Below are positions 9,540 to 20,133 of a stretch of DNA of 64,000 bases, piece by piece (the stretch's first letter is position 1; each line of letters opens with the position of its first letter). The translations under genes were made by a program, and so were the position numbers. The stretch lies in IMG/VR virus record IMGVR_UViG_3300011989_000009, positions 1 through 64,000 of that record, one strand, 5' to 3'. A model generated the notes under the pieces. It worked only from the letters and a program-made list of their open reading frames with translations. It made no database searches and was not told the DNA's origin. Source of the DNA: a virus (taxonomy: Duplodnaviria > Caudoviricetes).

Positions 9540-10877
9540 TTATTTGTAATCGCAAACAGTCACTTTATAGCCCTTATGATTGAAGATGCGCTGCACATAG
9601 CTCTCTTGATGGAAGCGGATTGCCAGCGGAATGATGTCCCGGACGGTGAGCTGGTCTACCTCCTTGCCCAGCGCGTTCTCTACATTGTCTTTGAACTGCT
9701 GTGTACCCGGTCGGCAGTTGCCGGACGCCAGAGAGTCCTCAAAGGTAATCACGTTGTCCATGTAGGCCTCGGCGTTGGCTTTGCGCGCTGCAACCTCCTT
9801 TGCATACTCTTCTTTGAGTTTCTGAGCTCTCAGACGGATCTCTCGTGTCTGTTGCAACTTGTACAGCGCGTCACGCAACATGGCGCGCCGGTGCTCCTGA
9901 TTGATGGCGATAGCCTCATTTAAGGACTTCGCTATAATATGCTCGCCACGGACGAGATAACCGCGTGCCGTCGTATAATCCCATCCCTTCTGCTCGAACC
10001 ACATACAGGGCATACCAAGGCGGTTGAACTTACCACGATAGAGCGTCAACAGACCACCGACACTGACGAAGTGCCAGCCCTTTTTAAGATGGAGCTCATA
10101 AGAGTAAACGTGCTTGGTAAATCGGCAGCTATTACTATAACGGTCATTGCGCTCGTAGATCTTGAGTGAGTTTTCAGCCGCATTGGGGACAACTTTAAAA
10201 TCGTCTATATTCGCATAAAGTCTATAACTTGTCATGGCGGCACAAAAACGATCATCACCGCGACGGATGGCGGCCTTGCGCTCCTTCGCCTGTTGCTTCT
10301 TCCATGCCTTTTCTTCCTGAGCCTCTTTCTTAGCCTTGGCTTTGCGCTTAGCCTCCTTCTGGGCCTCGACTTTACGAGCTTTAGCCTTGGCTGCTAAAAC
10401 GTAAGCATGAAGACCACTATAACGGCCACCACGACGAGCGGCTGCATCCATCTGATCTTTAATATAACGCTGGTCAGCGGAAGTCAGAGACATCTTGGTA
10501 ATGTCAGCAACGGTAGCCAGTTTGAAGTTGTCGATGGAATCCTTGGAAAAGCGAGAATCACGACGAAAATAGAGATCCTTAATACTACGCTGATAAGCCT
10601 TTGGCGTTAGCATAATCTGAGCATCTACATCAAGATAGACGACATCCCCAATCTTAACAGGAGAGAAATAGCCGTACTCAGTCTCTACATAAGTACCACG
10701 CATCTTGGTACCGTCAAGAAATACGATGAGCTCATTATTTCTTGAAAACTCTGCATCAATCTCAAACAGGTTATTATAAAGCGCGTAAACGACATCTTTG
10801 GAAGCCGCACAACCTCTCAAAACCTCAGTAAAGGAATAGCCTTTAGCAGCGATGACGGATAAATCTAAAGTTCTCAT
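9540..10877 (-). CDS. Hypothetical basic protein
   Basis: Start MRTLD at 10877 after the leader hairpin; K/A-rich coiled segment. Confidence 0.75.
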   Translation of the reverse strand: MRTLDLSVIAAKGYSFTEVLRGCAASKDVVYALYNNLFEIDAEFSRNNELIVFLDGTKMRGTYVETEYGYFSPVKIGDVVYLDVDAQIMLTPKAYQRSIKDLYFRRDSRFSKDSIDNFKLATVADITKMSLTSADQRYIKDQMDAAARRGGRYSGLHAYVLAAKAKARKVEAQKEAKRKAKAKKEAQEEKAWKKQQAKERKAAIRRGDDRFCAAMTSYRLYANIDDFKVVPNAAENSLKIYERNDRYSNSCRFTKHVYSYELHLKKGWHFVSVGGLLTLYRGKFNRLGMPCMWFEQKGWDYTTARGYLVRGEHIIAKSLNEAIAINQEHRRAMLRDALYKLQQTREIRLRAQKLKEEYAKEVAARKANAEAYMDNVITFEDSLASGNCRPGTQQFKDNVENALGKEVDQLTVRDIIPLAIRFHQESYVQRIFNHKGYKVTVCDYK

Positions 10878-10892
10878 AATCGTAATTTTTAA

Positions 10893-11000
10893 TGAGCTAT
10901 AAAAGCTCGGTTCAACATGTTTTGATTTCTGATGCAAAGGTACGAAGAATATTTGAAACTCGTGTCAATATTTCAGAAAATCTTTCGGAAAAAGCGAATT
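10893..11000 (-). promoter_or_regulatory. Repeated early promoter plus leader hairpin
   Basis: TACCTTTG at 10935-10942; AACCGAGCT-TTTAT-AGCTCA. Confidence 0.8.
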
Positions 11001-11059
11001 ATTTTTAGCGACTATAATAGCGTTTATGATAGGGACAGGCCGAAGCCTGCCCGGATAGA

Positions 11060-11899
11060 TCAGAGGTGCCAGGCCAGCGCCATATAGGTCGTATCGTCGT
11101 CGGATAGCGAGCTGTTAAGCTCCTGGCTGTCGTGGGGGTTGATTTTGAAGGCCTCCGGGAGTTCATCAGGGATGGGGACATCGGCAAACATGCCAAAGCC
11201 GATCTGGGAGCCCAGAATATAGCTATAATCAACCCCAGAACCTGATACCGTGGGGCACGATACCATGACGTAGGTCTGGACCAAAAGCTGGCGATGATTT
11301 TGATGCTCGGCCATTTCGAGACCGTGGGCAAAGCCGGTAGCCTCCGGCTGGGTCATGCAGTAACCGTGCACTAAATAGCGATAATAGGCTTTACCGCCAT
11401 TTTTAACGATGACTATAAAGGCGTACCGGTTACGCTTCAAATAGGGCACGGCATCGCTGCCATCTTCCACGACACGGACTCCGCGGAGGTACTGACTAAA
11501 TGGATAGTGCACCAGTTCACGCCCTGATTCTGCATCGTGCGTATAAATGACGTTGGCACCGTTATAACTCAACTTATAGCCAGATTCTAATTTGCAGGCG
11601 GGATAAAAGTCTGTAATATCGTCATCGTTCTCTCCCACGACCGCAATATTGAAACCTTTGGCCATGATCCGGCTGCAGATGTTGACGGTCGTGCCCTCCT
11701 GGCTGTTGAGGTGCTCAACCGCAAAAGACGCGATAAATACACCGTCTTTTACTTCCATGCACACACCACCAAAGGGGGCTATAATAAACGCGTCGTCGTC
11801 GCGTGCCTGAAAATCGTCGTCGACTCTATAAAGGGCCACCGTCTTTTTGCGCTCGTCGGCTGTCAGGCCGCTAACTGTCTTTTTTGTATCTGGAGTCAT
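11060..11899 (-). CDS. Hypothetical protein
   Basis: Start MTPDT at 11899, downstream of octamer repeats. Confidence 0.7.
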   Translation of the reverse strand: MTPDTKKTVSGLTADERKKTVALYRVDDDFQARDDDAFIIAPFGGVCMEVKDGVFIASFAVEHLNSQEGTTVNICSRIMAKGFNIAVVGENDDDITDFYPACKLESGYKLSYNGANVIYTHDAESGRELVHYPFSQYLRGVRVVEDGSDAVPYLKRNRYAFIVIVKNGGKAYYRYLVHGYCMTQPEATGFAHGLEMAEHQNHRQLLVQTYVMVSCPTVSGSGVDYSYILGSQIGFGMFADVPIPDELPEAFKINPHDSQELNSSLSDDDTTYMALAWHL

Positions 11900-11991
11900 A
11901 ATAATTTGAGTTGATGAGTTGATGAGTTGATGAGTTGATGAAATTTGCCACCATCTGGAGGAGCTATAATAAGCTCCTCCGGATAAAAGCA

Positions 11992-12135
11992 TTAAGCGTT
12001 CATAAACACAAAATACGCGGAATAAGCCGTAGCCAGGACACCGACCACATCGACGGCGGCCGGGTGACGGTTAATAAACTCAGCGACACGACGGGCCGCG
12101 CGCTGCTGCTGCATGTAGATGGTGTTAATCTTCAT
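11992..12135 (-). CDS. Small protein (47 aa) with hydrophobic C-terminus, not in the ORF track
   Basis: MKINTIYMQQQRAARRVAEFINRHPAAVDVVGVLATAYSAYFVFMNA*, followed by a hairpin at 11957-11980. Confidence 0.55.
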   Translation of the reverse strand: MKINTIYMQQQRAARRVAEFINRHPAAVDVVGVLATAYSAYFVFMNA

Positions 12136-12217
12136 AATTGATACCTCCTATAATTATTTGATGGTGTATAATAGAGTAGGGAAGAGTAGGGCCGGGATCC
12201 CGGCCCAGGTTGAGAGT

Positions 12218-12613
12218 TTAAGCGGCAACCACCTTATTATATCTAATAATTGTTTCGCGCGCCGCGTCGTACATTTCCCGGCGTTTTTCGTCGTCGCTAA
12301 TGTCTTCTGGGACAAAAGACATGATCCAGTTGTTAGCCATTTCTTTTGCATAAAGACGTACGTCTTTATCTGTGAATGACTCCGGGCGCTTACCGGTTTC
12401 TTCATCTGCCAGCCATTCTAAAACGTCCTCATTATCAAACCAGACTATAAAGCGAGCCCGATAATACGTTGTATCGGTTTTATAAGCGCGCGCTGTTGCG
12501 AGAAAATACCAGTTGCAGCACATAACATTACTAACATGATATTGTAGCTTTAGCGACGTCAAAAACGTGCTACCTTTTTTATTTTCGATAGCTGCTAACT
12601 TTTTCTTTGCCAT
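12218..12613 (-). CDS. Hypothetical protein
   Basis: 131 aa, leader hairpin at 12629-12649. Confidence 0.7.
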   Translation of the reverse strand: MAKKKLAAIENKKGSTFLTSLKLQYHVSNVMCCNWYFLATARAYKTDTTYYRARFIVWFDNEDVLEWLADEETGKRPESFTDKDVRLYAKEMANNWIMSFVPEDISDDEKRREMYDAARETIIRYNKVVAA

Positions 12614-12692
12614 AACACAAAAAATTTATGTATCTATAAAGATACGGTGAAACGATATGAATATATAAAGGAGCTTTGCAGCTCCTTTGCTG

Positions 12693-12953
12693 TTACTTAT
12701 TATAAGTTTTCATAATCTGATTAAGATCCCAGCGCCAATCTTTATATGAGTAATACACCATTATTACAAAGGTGCCAAAAAGGAAGAAAGCGGGGAGAGA
12801 CGCCATCACGACATTTGCGACGGGGAGGCTCTTTGTACAGTAAGCAAAAAAGACCTGGGAAACGATAGCTAAAGCCGGGAGGAATGAAAAGGTAGCGAGC
12901 AGGAGGAGAGTGCTAACAAATTCGCTATTGGCTTTTTTAATGGACTCTTTCAT
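12693..12953 (-). CDS. Small two-TM membrane protein
   Basis: Two hydrophobic segments. Confidence 0.65.
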   Translation of the reverse strand: MKESIKKANSEFVSTLLLLATFSFLPALAIVSQVFFAYCTKSLPVANVVMASLPAFFLFGTFVIMVYYSYKDWRWDLNQIMKTYNK

Positions 12954-13024
12954 AACTCAAAAATTTTTAGATGTTATAACGATGTTTGAAATAGCCGCCG
13001 GGCCGGGACCCGGCGACGTTGTTA

Positions 13025-13288
13025 TTAATATTGAGTTCCCCAGGACTGCCCGTAAAAAATACCGCTTACCTCTTTGCAGATCCATGGGCCACAGACGCGG
13101 CGGAACTCGGTCTGCTGCTTGCTCGTCGTACGGCTGTACTTGGTGACGTTGGCAACGATGCCAGCCGCGGACCACTCCGCAATTTTTGTGGCATAGCTAT
13201 AAAGCGCTTTGCCGGTTGAACGCATGGAGCCGCTTTTTGCAGCACGACCGTTGAAAAACTCTACGATAACATTGTGATTAGATAACAT
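13025..13288 (-). CDS. Hypothetical protein
   Basis: 87 aa, LYSYATKIA..KYSRTTSKQQ motif typical of phage early proteins. Confidence 0.65.
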   Translation of the reverse strand: MLSNHNVIVEFFNGRAAKSGSMRSTGKALYSYATKIAEWSAAGIVANVTKYSRTTSKQQTEFRRVCGPWICKEVSGIFYGQSWGTQY

Positions 13289-13349
13289 GACTTTTGAATT
13301 TGTGGCCCCCAGGCGGGGACCGGTTAAACGTATGAATTATAAAGACTGA

Positions 13350-13697
13350 TTAAAGACGAATTTCTTTGCAATTGGTAATGTCAAAGATAGCGATTTGATG
13401 ATTACGGCGGCCCAGCTCCAAGGCCTCGTTAAGATCATTAACGACGACCGTTGCATCAAAATAAAATTGGCCGTTGTCGCTGTTATACCAGCCGCCTATA
13501 GCGTTAACGCGTGCGTCTGTATTGGCATAAGCCAGGACATTTGCGAGTCCATCATGGCCAAAGCTGTTTTGTGTGGCCTCTAAAGCGACGGCGTAACCTT
13601 TGCAAACCGGCTGGAGTGTATCTTTTGCGACGGTGAAGCCGTCGGCGTTGTTGGCTGCAATAGCCAGGAGAGCGGAGAAAATAATTTCTTTTTTCAT
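13350..13697 (-). CDS. Hypothetical phage early protein
   Basis: 115 aa, DGFT..IGGWY..YFDA..GRRNHQIAIFD. Confidence 0.7.
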   Translation of the reverse strand: MKKEIIFSALLAIAANNADGFTVAKDTLQPVCKGYAVALEATQNSFGHDGLANVLAYANTDARVNAIGGWYNSDNGQFYFDATVVVNDLNEALELGRRNHQIAIFDITNCKEIRL

Positions 13698-13942
13698 ATT
13701 AAAAAATAATTTTATGAGCCTTGCGACTCGGTTAAACTTTTCAATTTTACGAGCTTTTCAACTCGGATTAATATCTTTCTTATTTCTGATGCAAAGTTAA
13801 GCAAAATATTAATACCATCCAAATTTTTAGCTAACTTTTTTCACTTTTATCTTAATATTTTCTGCTTTTATTACAAAATAGTCGGTTTATAGGTTATTTT
13901 TGTTTGTGTACACCTTATTATATATAGGCCGCAAAAAATCTC

Positions 13943-14290
13943 ATGCTCTCACCATCTCATACCCTGATGATCAGCACGCCCAGCCCCCACCATCTCACGC
14001 CCTCACCATCTCATACCCTGATGAGCAGCACGCCCAGCCCCCCACCATCTCATGCCCTCACCATCTCATACCCTGATGAGCAGCACGCCCAGCCCCCCAC
14101 CATCTCATGCCCTCACCATCTCATGCCCTGATGAGCAGCACGCCCAGCCCTCACCGGTGCACCCTCACGCCCTCACCATCTCATGCCCTGATGAGCAGCA
14201 CGCCCCAGCCCTCACCGGTGCACCCTCACGCCCTCACGCCCTCATGCCCTGATGAGCAGCACGCCCAGCCCTCACCCGGTGCACCCCCGG
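13943..14290. repeat. C-rich tandem repeat array (~55-65 bp units built from CCCTCAC/CATCTCA sub-repeats)
   Basis: CCCTGATGAGCAGCACGCCCAGCC recurs about six times. Confidence 0.9.
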
Positions 14291-14574
14291 CGGCATATCT
14301 GGACCCCCGCCCAGGGATCGGAGGCGGCCAGGCCGCCATAGTGTGGCGGCGCTGTCCGCTGAGAATGTCGGCTTTTTCGGCTCGTTTTCAAGTCAAAATC
14401 GTCTTATTTTCAGTTACTTACAGACATAAAAAGGTTGCGCGTTCACACGACTTTGAGTTGTATGAACGCGCATTTCAGCAAAAAAATTACAAAAGGAGTG
14501 GTGAAAAAGAATAATCCAGTTCCGAAAAAGACCATCTTACACTGATGCAAACGGCTGTCAACGTGGCTAAATTC

Positions 14575-15015
14575 TTAGTCCAAAACCATGAATTTTGTAC
14601 CGCAATGCGGACAGATGAGCACGTCGGTCTTCATCGTCTTGCCAACAGGCAGCGACGCGGATTCACCATCCGATGGCGATTCTTCATCATTTGATGATTT
14701 CATGTGTTCATCATTTGATGATTTCATGTTTTCATCAGTTGATGAATTGATGAATGACGGAATGGGCACATACAGGTGGAGATAGGGGTCGTCGGTATGG
14801 GATATTTCATTACCATCATCGTCAACGGCATAGAAAAACTCACGGACATCAATGCCGATGGCGGTAGCGACCTCAATGAGCTTCGTCATCGTGGGGTTGT
14901 TGGAAGAGAGCATCTGTGAAACGCTCGACGGTGAAATGCCGAGAATATCACTCAAACGTTTATTGGAAATGCCTTTCTCGTTGAGTGTACGGCGCATATT
15001 TAAGACAAACTTCAT
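14575..15015 (-). CDS. XRE-family HTH transcriptional regulator with C-terminal CPHCG tail
   Basis: ISNKRLSDILGISPSSVSQML..NPTMTKLIEVATAIGID; promoter TAACTTTG at 15047-15054. Confidence 0.85.
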   Translation of the reverse strand: MKFVLNMRRTLNEKGISNKRLSDILGISPSSVSQMLSSNNPTMTKLIEVATAIGIDVREFFYAVDDDGNEISHTDDPYLHLYVPIPSFINSSTDENMKSSNDEHMKSSNDEESPSDGESASLPVGKTMKTDVLICPHCGTKFMVLD

Positions 15016-15194
15016 AGTGTTTAGCTTTATTTTATGTTTTCTGCGGCAAAGTTAAGGTTTTTCTTATTATTCTCCAAATATTTTTCGTTAAATCTTCGCT
15101 TTTTCTTGAAAATCATCTTTTGTCCCCTACTTTTCCTCATCATCGCCTATCTTTGCGGTGTTACTAAATGTTTCACCCTTAAAACTATTTACTT

Positions 15195-16175
15195 ATGGCA
15201 ACAATCATCAATTCCCAACTGACGACAGGCTTCATGTCTGGGCTCACCAACTCTGCCCATGACGAGTTTGTCAATGCCGTGTACAACTATCTCACGGCCA
15301 CGGACTCCCCTGCTGCCGCATTGCCGGAGAGCGAGCCTTACTCCAAAGCACTGGGGGATTTTAAGGCTACCAAAGAGAGCGAGCACAAAGCCTTTATGCT
15401 CACCAAAAAGGACTATGCGTCCGAGGACATGAAAAAGGCGAGCAGAGTAGTGTCATCGCTAATGACCTCGTTGCGCTATGCGTTGAAAGGGTTCTCTACC
15501 ATGCCAAAGAATGACGCTAACAAACGCAAAGCGCAAGAGCTCTACCAAACCATCGTCACGGTAAAATATAAAGGTGGCGATTCCTACAAGCAAAAAAATG
15601 CTAAGGTAGCTGGCGTGCTCTCTGAACTTGCTAAGGATAAAGAATCCTTGAAAACCTTCGGCATGGACGTGATCACCACACAACTCGAAACGGCCAACAA
15701 CGACCTCTCCACTTGTATCAGTCGTCGTAGAACGTGGAAGACGAATTATCGGGCGTCGGAGAAGATGGGAGAGGCACGCAAGAAGACCCAGGCTGCTTTG
15801 CAGGCTCTCTTTGACGTTATCGTCAGCCGCTCCACTATCGAGCCACAGATAGAGCTCACTACGATCGTCAACTGGCTGGAATCTTCCATTGCTGACATGA
15901 GAAAGACACAGAAGCAAAAGGAAGATGGTAACGCCAAAACGAACAACGCGACATCCGGCACAGGAAAGCCTGTCACAAAGACCGAGAGTGGCGACGACAA
16001 AAAGGGAACCTCTGACACAAGCAAGACGGCTTCGCAAGAGGACAATTCTGACGAGAAAAATGGTAGCGGAACAAAAACCGTTGAATCTGCTGCCACTACA
16101 GACGAAAGTGGTACAAAATCCAATGAAAATTCACCCACTACAGACTGTAGTGGTACAAAATCCAATGAAAATTGA
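15195..16175 (+). CDS. DUF6261-like helical protein with low-complexity C-terminus
   Basis: Only long credible plus-strand gene; promoter TATCTTTG at 15148-15155; C-terminus runs into a repeat array. Confidence 0.65.
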   Translation: MATIINSQLTTGFMSGLTNSAHDEFVNAVYNYLTATDSPAAALPESEPYSKALGDFKATKESEHKAFMLTKKDYASEDMKKASRVVSSLMTSLRYALKGFSTMPKNDANKRKAQELYQTIVTVKYKGGDSYKQKNAKVAGVLSELAKDKESLKTFGMDVITTQLETANNDLSTCISRRRTWKTNYRASEKMGEARKKTQAALQALFDVIVSRSTIEPQIELTTIVNWLESSIADMRKTQKQKEDGNAKTNNATSGTGKPVTKTESGDDKKGTSDTSKTASQEDNSDEKNGSGTKTVESAATTDESGTKSNENSPTTDCSGTKSNEN

Positions 16176-16350
16176 CCCACTACAGACGGTAGTGGTACAA
16201 AATTCAATGAAAATTGACCCACTACAAAAAAATCAGAGAATTTTCAACGAAAATTGACCCACTACAAAAAAATCAGAGAATTTTCAACGAAAATTGACCC
16301 ACTACAAAAAAGTCAGAGGATTTTCAACGAAAATTGACCCACTACAAAAC
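16095..16350 (+). repeat. Tandem repeat array (42-bp and 39-bp units; core GAAAATTGACCCACTACA)
   Basis: Six copies of the core with two linker types. Confidence 0.9.
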
Positions 16351-16355
16351 ATCAC

Positions 16356-16386
16356 GGCGGCAGGTGCATCACGCATTTGCCGCCGC
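16356..16386 (+). terminator. Intrinsic terminator
   Basis: GGCGGCAGGTGC..GCATTTGCCGCC stem followed by a T-rich tail. Confidence 0.6.
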
Positions 16387-16819
16387 TTGCTTTCTTTGTG
16401 CAATAAATTGAAACCTTTACTTATCTAATGTAATTCCTAAACGTTATCCTTAAATCAATCTTCTACCTCAAAAAAAACTAACACTCATCGAACGTGATTA
16501 ATCAATCCTAAAATCAAAAAAGAGTTCTTTTATCATATAAAAAAATATAGTTCCTTAGAAAATCCTGCACGTCTCTCGACGGACAGGAAAAGTATATGAG
16601 ATTAATTCTTCGAAAGTGTTATAAACTGCTTTGCACTCAAAGTAGTCTCAAATTGATACAAAAACATTATTAAGCGATAACTATGTTTCCTATCTCCTTG
16701 ACTAATCCACAATTTTGTTGTAAATCAAAAACATCTATTCATGTAAAAAACTTCTTTTGTAAGAAATCATAAAAAACTAACTCAAACTTCTATTAAATCT
16801 AAATCATCATGAAATACTA

Positions 16820-17416
16820 CTAATCTTTTATATTTTCCTTGCCATCGCTCTTCGCCTCCGGCACCAGATATTTCTCTTTGTTGATGCAGCGCGAAATGGG
16901 CACGTTCTGATCGATTTTCAATCCGAGCAAGTGCCATTCGCCATAACGCACCACACCGGGGTTGGAAGCCCACGAACACTTCTCTATCTGCAATCCCTGC
17001 AAGGCGAGCTGTGTCGGCTTGTCATAGATACGTCCCGTGACGGGATTCTTGCCGGTGCGTTTCAGCTCAGTGAGGTAAGCGAGGAGATCCTGCGCAAAGC
17101 CATCCATGAGCTGCTGCTGGTCGATGCCGAGGTCTTCGTCACTCTTGGCGTTCTTAGCAAGACTGCGCTGCGTGGCACGCGACATGAAGTAGACGATGTG
17201 CTGATAGTTCACCACATGATTCTGCACCTCTGCGTCGATGATGATGCTGTAGGCCATACACGGCGTCTTGGCCGTGTTCTGCGCCCGCATAAAGGCATTG
17301 TCCATGTTGATGGCCTTGATGAGATAGAAGGCCCGTTGCTTACTGCCCTTATCGGGGTTGTGGGAGATGGGCTTGTAAAGCTCTGCCCACTCTTCGAGTA
17401 TCTCTGCGAATGTCAT
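16820..17416 (-). CDS. Hypothetical virion/tail-completion-like protein
   Basis: 198 aa at the end of the structural module. Confidence 0.55.
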   Translation of the reverse strand: MTFAEILEEWAELYKPISHNPDKGSKQRAFYLIKAINMDNAFMRAQNTAKTPCMAYSIIIDAEVQNHVVNYQHIVYFMSRATQRSLAKNAKSDEDLGIDQQQLMDGFAQDLLAYLTELKRTGKNPVTGRIYDKPTQLALQGLQIEKCSWASNPGVVRYGEWHLLGLKIDQNVPISRCINKEKYLVPEAKSDGKENIKD

Positions 17417-17484
17417 ATCAGTAATCTGCTTGCAAAGTTAAACATAATATTTGAAATATTCGTCTTTTCTTGAAGATTTTTTTT

Positions 17485-20109
17485 CTAAATCACGAAAAAT
17501 TCCACTTGCACCTCTCCGATACCGTCGGCCACGGTGACGCTGTAGGACAGTTTGTTGATCCATCCCGTCATGCCGTTGATGCGGTAACGGCGCGTCCAGT
17601 GGTTGGGTACATCGGCAATCTGAGCCGAACTGCAACGAAGCGTGACGATATACTTGCGACACTTCAAATAGAAGTTGGCCAGCTCTGACATGAAGGTGTC
17701 GAAGAGTCCGCGCGAGAGGATTTTCTTCGTCACATTGCCCTTGCTGTCTACCTCGTCGGGGTTGCAGATGGGTTTGGTGGACCATGACGGCTGCTTCCAG
17801 GAACGGATCTTCAACGAGAAACGCTCGCCGTCGCCGATACCCTCCTTGACACCATTGTAGTCATACTCACTGCCGAAGAGGTCGAGACTGTCAGCGGAGA
17901 GCGCATACTGACCGGAGACAGTGCGCCACTTCGAGTTGCCGAAACCGTCATAGTCGAAGTCATACTGCTGCGTGGTGGAGTCAGTACCGCCACCCCGCAT
18001 GATGGCAATGCTCAGTCCCCAGTCAATCTTCTGCAAGGGGGAATTGCCATTGTCGTCACCATTCTGAGGGTTGTAGTTTTCCATCAGTGAGTCGAGCACC
18101 TCGTCAAAGGTGATCTTTGCCACCGTCGACGACATCGCCTGCGAGATGCGCTGCTCCAGAAACTCATGCTCCATCTTCTCGTTGGTATAGGCTACCATGA
18201 GCGGCTGGGCACTCGACGACAGACGTACGGAATAGCCGTTTGACGACACGCTGCCCTCGGCGGTGCCCACCTCCTGACGGTAGTTGACATCGTTGAACTC
18301 CACCGGTACGAAGTCGGATGAGAACTCCTTCACATAGTCCTCGTTGATGGTGGAACAGTCGCCAATCTCCACACCTTTCCACTGGCCTACCTCGAAGAGC
18401 GACGGCTTGTAGTCGGCCACCGACTCCGCTGAGGAGTTGATCTTGATACGGTAGGCATTACCCGTCTGTTTGTCGATATAAGTACAGCGGTTGCCGTTGG
18501 CATCGGTCTGCAACGGCTTGCGCATGATGTCCTTATAGGTGAGGTTGGTAACGGTAGACGCCTGCGGATAGTCGATATAGTCATACGACGTATCGTAGTC
18601 TTTCTTGCCGGTACGCACGTTGTCCTGCTGTTCCTTGGACGTACTCTCCTTGCTGTAGCACATGCGCACGCCCGTAATCTTCTCGGCTACCTTGTGCATG
18701 GAGATGACCTCACCGGGGAAGTCTATCGGCGCTTCTGTGTTGCGGAACACGTCACGGATGAAATAAGCCCGCACATGCTTCTTCTCATAGTCATACTCGA
18801 AGCGGATGCCGAAGGAGTTTTGCAGCGCGTCGAGGACGGTCTGCACGCTCTCATCAGGGAAGTTCTCTGACGTGGCATACATGCGCATGATATTGGCCTG
18901 TACGCTGTAGGTAGGCTTGGAGTGCTTGGCTACGATACTCGTCACGCCATCATTGCCGACAACGGCGGTCTTCGTCACGCCGTTCTCGGTATATTCGATT
19001 TTGTCTATCGACATATCGCCCTCGTCCTTGAACTCGAAATGGGCACCACAACCACGGCTGTTGAGCCAGTTGTTGATGTCATCAATATTGTCGAAGTCGG
19101 GCGATGTGCGGTAGGCATACTTGCGTTCCTCGGTGTATTTACAATGGGTGGTGAAGAAGCACAGATGCTTCATATCCTCGACTTTCAACAACTCACTGTT
19201 GTCGAACGACACACCGAGATAGTTGAAAAGGCAGTCGAGGAAGTAGAGCACGTAGAAACAGATGCCGGACTGCGGACGGTTGGCATCAAGCACCCAGTAA
19301 GGGAAATGAAGCTCAGGACCGGAGGTAATCTCCTTCTCATCGACCTTCGTTCCCGTCTCCTTGCCATCGTTCTGCAAACCGTAGTGGGTGTAACAGATGC
19401 GGGCGTTGCAATACTTCGCCTTGGGGTAGGGGTCGCTGACATTGATGTAGCTTGTCTTCACCTTCGGCACCACGCGCTTATGGCCGTTGGCATAGCTCAG
19501 CGTCTCTTTCAGTACGGCTACATCCTTGGTGCCCGTCGTCTCACATTCGGCAGGGTAGGAGAAGCCGAGGGCCTGCGGGGAATATTCCACGTTGCTGGTC
19601 TCATTATTCGTACCGCTCTCCTCATGGTCCGGCTTCTTACCGTCAAAGGTGATCTTCACATGGTAGTCGTATGTCGCTTTGGCGGTTACGGCACCAATCT
19701 TCTCACCAATGAGAATCTTGTCTTTCAACGGTACTTTCTGACAATCCAGGTCGCCTATTAAATCATCGATGCTATGCTCACTGGCACTGATGTTCATCGT
19801 CAGCGCACCATCAATCTCCTCATCCTCGGCGGTGACGAGTGTACCGCTGCGGAAAGGCTGGTTGTCGACGAGGATGCGCATCTTACGGTGCTCCAGCGAT
19901 ACCGGACGGTCCACATTGAGCGGGTCGTCGATATTGCCCAAGAGGAAGCGGTTGCCTTCCAAGGGCATCCGGCAGGGATAAGAGAACATCTCGTTGTCGT
20001 TGAACAACGGGTTCTGGTCGTCGATGTCGAGACTGAAATCAGCGGGCAATACGAGCGGTCGCTGCTTACCCGTCCCGTCATCGGCGGTAATGGCTATATG
20101 ACTATTCAT
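17485..20109 (-). CDS. Putative minor tail/baseplate protein
   Basis: 874 aa; LSLDIDDQNPLF..FSYP-type N-terminus typical of Bacteroidota phage tail proteins. Confidence 0.6.
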   Translation of the reverse strand: MNSHIAITADDGTGKQRPLVLPADFSLDIDDQNPLFNDNEMFSYPCRMPLEGNRFLLGNIDDPLNVDRPVSLEHRKMRILVDNQPFRSGTLVTAEDEEIDGALTMNISASEHSIDDLIGDLDCQKVPLKDKILIGEKIGAVTAKATYDYHVKITFDGKKPDHEESGTNNETSNVEYSPQALGFSYPAECETTGTKDVAVLKETLSYANGHKRVVPKVKTSYINVSDPYPKAKYCNARICYTHYGLQNDGKETGTKVDEKEITSGPELHFPYWVLDANRPQSGICFYVLYFLDCLFNYLGVSFDNSELLKVEDMKHLCFFTTHCKYTEERKYAYRTSPDFDNIDDINNWLNSRGCGAHFEFKDEGDMSIDKIEYTENGVTKTAVVGNDGVTSIVAKHSKPTYSVQANIMRMYATSENFPDESVQTVLDALQNSFGIRFEYDYEKKHVRAYFIRDVFRNTEAPIDFPGEVISMHKVAEKITGVRMCYSKESTSKEQQDNVRTGKKDYDTSYDYIDYPQASTVTNLTYKDIMRKPLQTDANGNRCTYIDKQTGNAYRIKINSSAESVADYKPSLFEVGQWKGVEIGDCSTINEDYVKEFSSDFVPVEFNDVNYRQEVGTAEGSVSSNGYSVRLSSSAQPLMVAYTNEKMEHEFLEQRISQAMSSTVAKITFDEVLDSLMENYNPQNGDDNGNSPLQKIDWGLSIAIMRGGGTDSTTQQYDFDYDGFGNSKWRTVSGQYALSADSLDLFGSEYDYNGVKEGIGDGERFSLKIRSWKQPSWSTKPICNPDEVDSKGNVTKKILSRGLFDTFMSELANFYLKCRKYIVTLRCSSAQIADVPNHWTRRYRINGMTGWINKLSYSVTVADGIGEVQVEFFVI

Positions 20110-20133
20110 TGTAGTTGGAATAAATAGGAAAGA

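Noticed and set aside
13943-14514. ORFs in the C-rich repeat and in 51946-52364
   Set aside because: Translated tandem repeats without credible starts
16095-16350. CRISPR array (also considered for 51672-52375 and 13943-14290)
   Set aside because: Intervening sequences are short and themselves repeated rather than unique spacers; there are no cas genes
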